Below, piece after piece: positions 59,317 to 64,000 of a stretch of DNA of 64,000 nt. Origin of the DNA: Octopus bimaculoides (taxonomy: Eukaryota); NCBI RefSeq assembly GCF_001194135.2, contig NC_068981.1:155023221-155087220 (forward strand), in the 5' to 3' direction. Positions within the stretch are counted from its first letter, which is position 1, and the number at the start of each line of letters is the position of its first letter. The notes beneath the pieces were generated by a model. That model saw only the letters and a program-made list of their open reading frames with translations. It did not search any database and was not told where the DNA came from. Both the position numbers and the translations under genes were made by a program.

Positions 59317-61995
59317 CTGAAAAGATAAAACATTGTTAATAATAAAAATATTTGAGCATTAAATTTGTATAATTTTTCAACAATATCCATACTAAATCAT
59401 CATCATCGTCGTTTAACGTCCACTTTCCCTGCTAGCATGGGTTGGACGATTTGACTGAGGACTGGTGAAACCAGATGGCTACACCAGGCTCCTATCTGAT
59501 TTTGGCAGAGTCTCTACAGTTGGATGCCCTTCCTAACGCCAACCACTCAGAGAGTGTAGTGGGTGCTTTTATGTGTCACCCGCACGAAGGCCAGTCAGGC
59601 AGTACTGGCAACGGCCACGCTCAAAATGGTGTATTTTATGTGCCACCTGCACAAGAGCCAGTCCAGGGGCACTGGCAACGATCTCGCTCGAAAATCCTAC
59701 GAAGGCCAGTCAGGCGGTACTAGCAACGTATATAGAAATGTAGCACTGACATAAAACAATACTCCAGATTACAAAATGACATTTTTGGGGGGAGTTTGTA
59801 TGACATAATTAAAGGAAACACAAAAATAAATCACCATAACTTAGGCGTCTTTTATGCCAGTTTTTAGCAGCTGGGATCCACTAACTTGACTATTGTGTAA
59901 GGGAGATAACTCTACAGTTGTGACGAGAATCCAATCGCTAAATGAAGGGACTTGTTGAGATAGAAAACTAAACATCGAGACGATTTGTTTGAAAAACAAT
60001 AGTTAAGATAGCGTTAACATTTAATGTAGACACACTATCGAAAGCTAAAGTGAAATAACTGCTGCAGTGAGGAGTGATCAATAAATATTGACCAGAGATA
60101 TTTTGATAATTTTGGCATACGAGGGGAGGTAATTCCAGATGTTGTGTTATGATTGTATAAGTAAAGCAGTTTTCATAATTGCTTTAACACCAATAGGAGA
60201 ATCGTTTAATGTACAAATGGTTGCCATAGAGATGAAGGTCACAATAGCAATTACCGATTTGAATCCCACTCCAAAGAAAAGCGATTTCTGTGAACCAGCT
60301 CACAAGGACCTGTTATTCTTACACCCAGTACAACAATCTCTGGAATGGCTGGTAAGTAACGGTATCAGTTCTAAACGCAATCCATTACATTTTCTCCTCC
60401 AAGCCACAAGCATTTAGCAATATCTTCAAAACCTGCTCTTTATCTTTCAGAAAAAGTACTTCCATAAACAGTTTCTCCAATTGAACTTCCATGCTCTTGA
60501 TATCAATACCAACACTCATCTGGCTAACTTTCTCAGCCATGGAAACATTCATCAGTGACCAAACTAAGAAGTCTATTCTTTGGCAGCAGAATCTGATGAT
60601 GGGAATGCCTTTCTAGTTTTCTTCAATATGAAGAAATCTTACTATAACTTAAATAGAAATCAACTTACCAGGGTTGAAGAGCACTATTGCTCGTAAACAT
60701 CCTAATTCTGATTTATCCATCTTCATTTCCCGCATTTTGGCTACCAGTTCAGAAAGAACTCTGTCAAAAATAGTACCTACACCAGCATGGTGTGCACTAC
60801 TTCGATGAACATGAATGCCAGTGGCTAACAAGATACCGTCTTTGACAGGTATAGAACGATGAGAGAAACCAGCAATTAGCAACTCATTCCAGCCTGGAAT
60901 ATAGGTAAAAGTTTTTAAAATATTAGCATTATTTTTTTTTTTTCCTTTGGTATTCCAAGATAGAAACAAAAATGTATTCAATAATTAGATTAATCTGCCA
61001 AAATTTTCAAACCATAAATATATAAAGTTTAAAATTTAAGAAATCTTGAATTTTATTAAAAAAAATCTAAAATTAACTACATCTGAAAGAAATGAATTAA
61101 ACAACTTCCAGAGAATGTTCGTTATTAACTATTTCCATTCAACACAACTAGCACATGACTCAACAGAACTAAGCTAAAAATAGATAATTTTGTAACTCGA
61201 GAGGAAATGGTTCAACCAATTTAAAAACCTCAATTTAAAATTTAATAAGTAGAACTTAGGCATAGCTCTAGTAGTCAGGAGTTCACCTCAAACCCATATG
61301 GTCCCATGTTTGATCTCAGTATGTGTGGCACCCAGGCCAAATGTTTGCTTCATTGCTTTACACTGACCAATATTCAAGTAGAGTTCAGTACGCAGACTCC
61401 CATCATATATGTATGAATATATATTTGTCACCAATGTACATTGCAATAAATACCAAAGAGTAGCTTTGTGTGAACACTGGTTTATTGCTTTTCTTGCCAT
61501 TGTTGCATAGACACTCCCTTGTCACAGTCACCATCAGAAATGTAGTGTGGGTTTGCTATCACCTTCAGTCACTCAGAATATTGCCAGAGTGAGTTGCTGG
61601 GTCACATGATCATGGTCACAAGTTGAAAGTAGTACTTTCTTCTGGGAAAAATACACAAAACTGTTAGTATTAATCCTCACCTTTTTTTTTTTTTTTTTTT
61701 AATGACTGAATTGTTAGTACTTGGAAAGAAATCTAGCTGTAAAACCACTGTTCCAACTATATGCACACATCTTGAAATTCATCCCACTCAAATCAACAAG
61801 AATTAGATGCAAAATAATTATCAGAGGCAAAAAGAATAACTGAAATTTAAAAAAACATAAATACAAACCTGCCCTCAACAATGTCACTTGATCATCAAGA
61901 GACAATTTAGTAAAGTGGGGAATTCGTTTGGCCCATTCGACCAGAGTAAAAAGCTGTTTCTCAGCAGCCTGAAAGATATTGGTCACCGGATCCTT
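59063..61995 (-). CDS. RXR: Retinoid X receptor, 3' part (ligand-binding domain); 5' exons lie beyond the window end
   Basis: Three exons 61995..61869, 60893..60669 and 59316..59063 join in frame: [28 protein letters not shown]...[18 protein letters not shown]...[18 protein letters not shown]...[50 protein letters not shown]. This is the canonical RXR LBD with AF-2 FLMEMLE. Confidence 0.97.
59397..59726 (-). mobile_element. RTE 3'-UTR/tail copy in the last RXR intron
   Basis: catcatcatcgtcgtttaacgtccactttccctgctagcatgggttggacg...; same family as above. Confidence 0.88.
60669..60893 (-). CDS. RXR: RXR LBD exon (helices 5-8)
   Basis: [74 protein letters not shown](D); ttccag / gtaagt. Confidence 0.97.
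61869..61995 (-). CDS. RXR: RXR LBD exon (helices 3-4)
   Basis: [42 protein letters not shown](G); ttgtag / gtttgt on minus strand. Confidence 0.95.
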
Positions 61996-63297
61996 CTACA
62001 AGAGAGGCAAATATATGTTAATAAAGAACACAGTCAAATACTACAATATGTAAGATAACTTTCCTAACAATTCTACAGGTAGAAGGAAAGATAACTTCTT
62101 AAAAGAATAACGCTACATGAAATGTTCTCGGAGCTTAATCTAAGGGAGGAAGGACTAATCTTCAAGAAAATTTGTTTCATTGAAACAACTTCAAATATTT
62201 GATGAAAATAGATTTGCATTGTAAAGTGAATAAATTAAGATGGCAAATAATATTATAATACTGTGCGGAAGTACAATTAATTCAATCCAATACAACACAT
62301 CATTATCAACAATTTTTCATTTCTGCAAGTCAAAATATTTTAACGGTCAACAACATATATCTTGTAATTACCATTATTGTTCATTATAAATATTACTGCT
62401 TCTGAAACTTAGATTACTACATGTGTAGGTGATATGTATTTGGCATGTGGCAAAAAATGACAACTATTAATACTGTCAAAGCTCTGTCATATCTAACACA
62501 TAATAGAAATGCCCTTCTTTTAGTAAAATGGGATAATAAAGGGGAAAGACATAATTAACAATGAAAATTTCCATTCATTAAAAATAAAAACATTGATCAA
62601 ATACAATAAGTCACTTATTTCATACTATGATTATGTCTTCACAACATTTAATTTGACTTTGCTTAATCTAACTTTAATCTGGCACTGGTTTTCTTTCTTT
62701 TAGAAAGTTTGTGAGCTTGTTTGGTTTGATAATAGATCATTTGAGACCCAGAGAAAATATCAGAAGTAATGTCTGTTGATTTTTGATGATGCTTACTTCA
62801 TACATTAAATAACAATAAAAGGTTAATTACAATTTCTTTACCAAACCAGCTCATCATTTAATACCAACACATCATAAAATGTAACACACTGAAGCATCTC
62901 AAAAATTTCCTTTTGGTTAAATAAATTTTCTCATGTGCTAACACTTAACAACTCGCTTGTTACAGGGCAATTAGTCTTATGTTTAATAAGCAGAAAATGA
63001 ATACATGAAATCAAAGTCTTAAGAAAGAGGAAATAGAGAGATGCATGCTTTTTGTTTTCTTTTTTTTCAAGGGTAGTAGATATTGGTACAGTCAAAGATA
63101 GTAATATACAATAAGGATTTCTAACAGACTCAAGGCCCATAAATTTATAGTCGATTAAATTAACTATAATTAGTTCTTATTTTATCAGCTCCCCACCCTA
63201 ATGAAAAAAAAAGGATGAAAGTAAAAGATAACCCTTTGAATTAATAGCATTAATGGAAACCAGCAATAAGTAAGTGGCATAAACTTACTTTTCACAT

Positions 63298-63302
<5 letters not shown>

Positions 63303-63329
<27 letters not shown>
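63303..63329. repeat. (TG)n microsatellite
   Basis: Directly visible dinucleotide run. Confidence 0.85.
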
Positions 63330-64000
63330 ATTTCCAACAATTAATAAAACAAACAACTCTACTAGTCTATAACTGTAAAAAGAAGACTGACAAAGAATCC
63401 ACAGATTAAATTCTGCCCAATTTTACATTTCATAAGAACATTCAAGAGAAGCTATATAAATTATTTTGAAGTGAAGTCAGTATTATAAACAAATTTATTC
63501 CAATCAACTTAACCTTCAGAGGCAAAATGTTGCTAATAGCCTTCCATTATAACCACAGCCAAATTCGATAACTTGTGAAAGATGCACAGTTGTATAAGCC
63601 AGATGGTGCTTCTCAAATATTAAGAAATTGAAGATGAAGAGATGACAACTACATTTTGTCACGGGAAAAACAGTCTAGAACTACAATATATTATAACAGC
63701 ACAAAAGATTTAATTAAAATGAATTTTTAGATTAGAAAATAATTATCCGTTTAATGCCAGAAGAGAATCTTTTCAATGGTGATAAAAAAAAATGTAAATT
63801 TACAATTTTCTAGCACAGAAATATACGTGAAAATAACTTCAGTTAACTGGTTGTATACTCAGTGGAAAATATTCCATTCTATATCTAGGAAGATATATAT
63901 ATATATATATATTTATATAATTTTCTGAAAAGAAAAAGTAAAGTTTTCTTTTCTTTTTTTTTTTATATTTTTTTTTTTACACTTACGTCATCAGTGTTGC

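Noticed and set aside
15866-59726. Apparent uniform antisense orientation of RTE elements within DHX9 (avoidance of inverted pairs)
   Set aside because: Sense-oriented RTE fragments exist at about 8515, 13560, 36780 and 49560, so orientation is mixed.
1-64000. CRISPR arrays, tRNA/rRNA genes or prokaryote-type operons
   Set aside because: None seen; tRNA-like A/B boxes belong to SINE heads, and the DNA is eukaryotic and intron-rich.

Overview
AT-rich, intron-rich animal genomic DNA. The SINE/RTE repeat content and mollusc-type RXR point to a cephalopod (octopus-like), which is an inference. The window holds a complete + strand DHX9 / RNA helicase A gene. I reconstructed 30 coding exons (CE1-CE30, 9407..54745, 3681 nt = 1226 aa + stop, all GT-AG, phases consistent) plus a probable non-coding first exon ending at 2295. 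The last three coding exons of a - strand retinoid X receptor (ligand-binding domain, 61995..59063) converge tail-to-tail with it. Introns carry tRNA-derived SINEs, RTE LINE fragments, a decayed mariner, two decayed piggyBac elements, a hAT MITE with a perfect 8-bp TSD and a TTAA MITE. There are four assembly gaps. No tRNA, rRNA or CRISPR feature is supported. The best lead is a GC-enriched, stop-containing cassette exon candidate (30219..30354) in the 14-kb intron at the PDHNR|SFIAE junction. That position corresponds to human DHX9 intron 6, where an NMD poison exon (exon 6A) is reported. Its 3' boundary also matches a recursive splice-site consensus. Other leads are a Cys-to-Phe change in RXR helix 3, a 242-bp tandem duplication in the DHX9 3' region that differs in poly(A) signal content, inverted SINE pairs in the DHX9 pre-mRNA and a possible bidirectional promoter.
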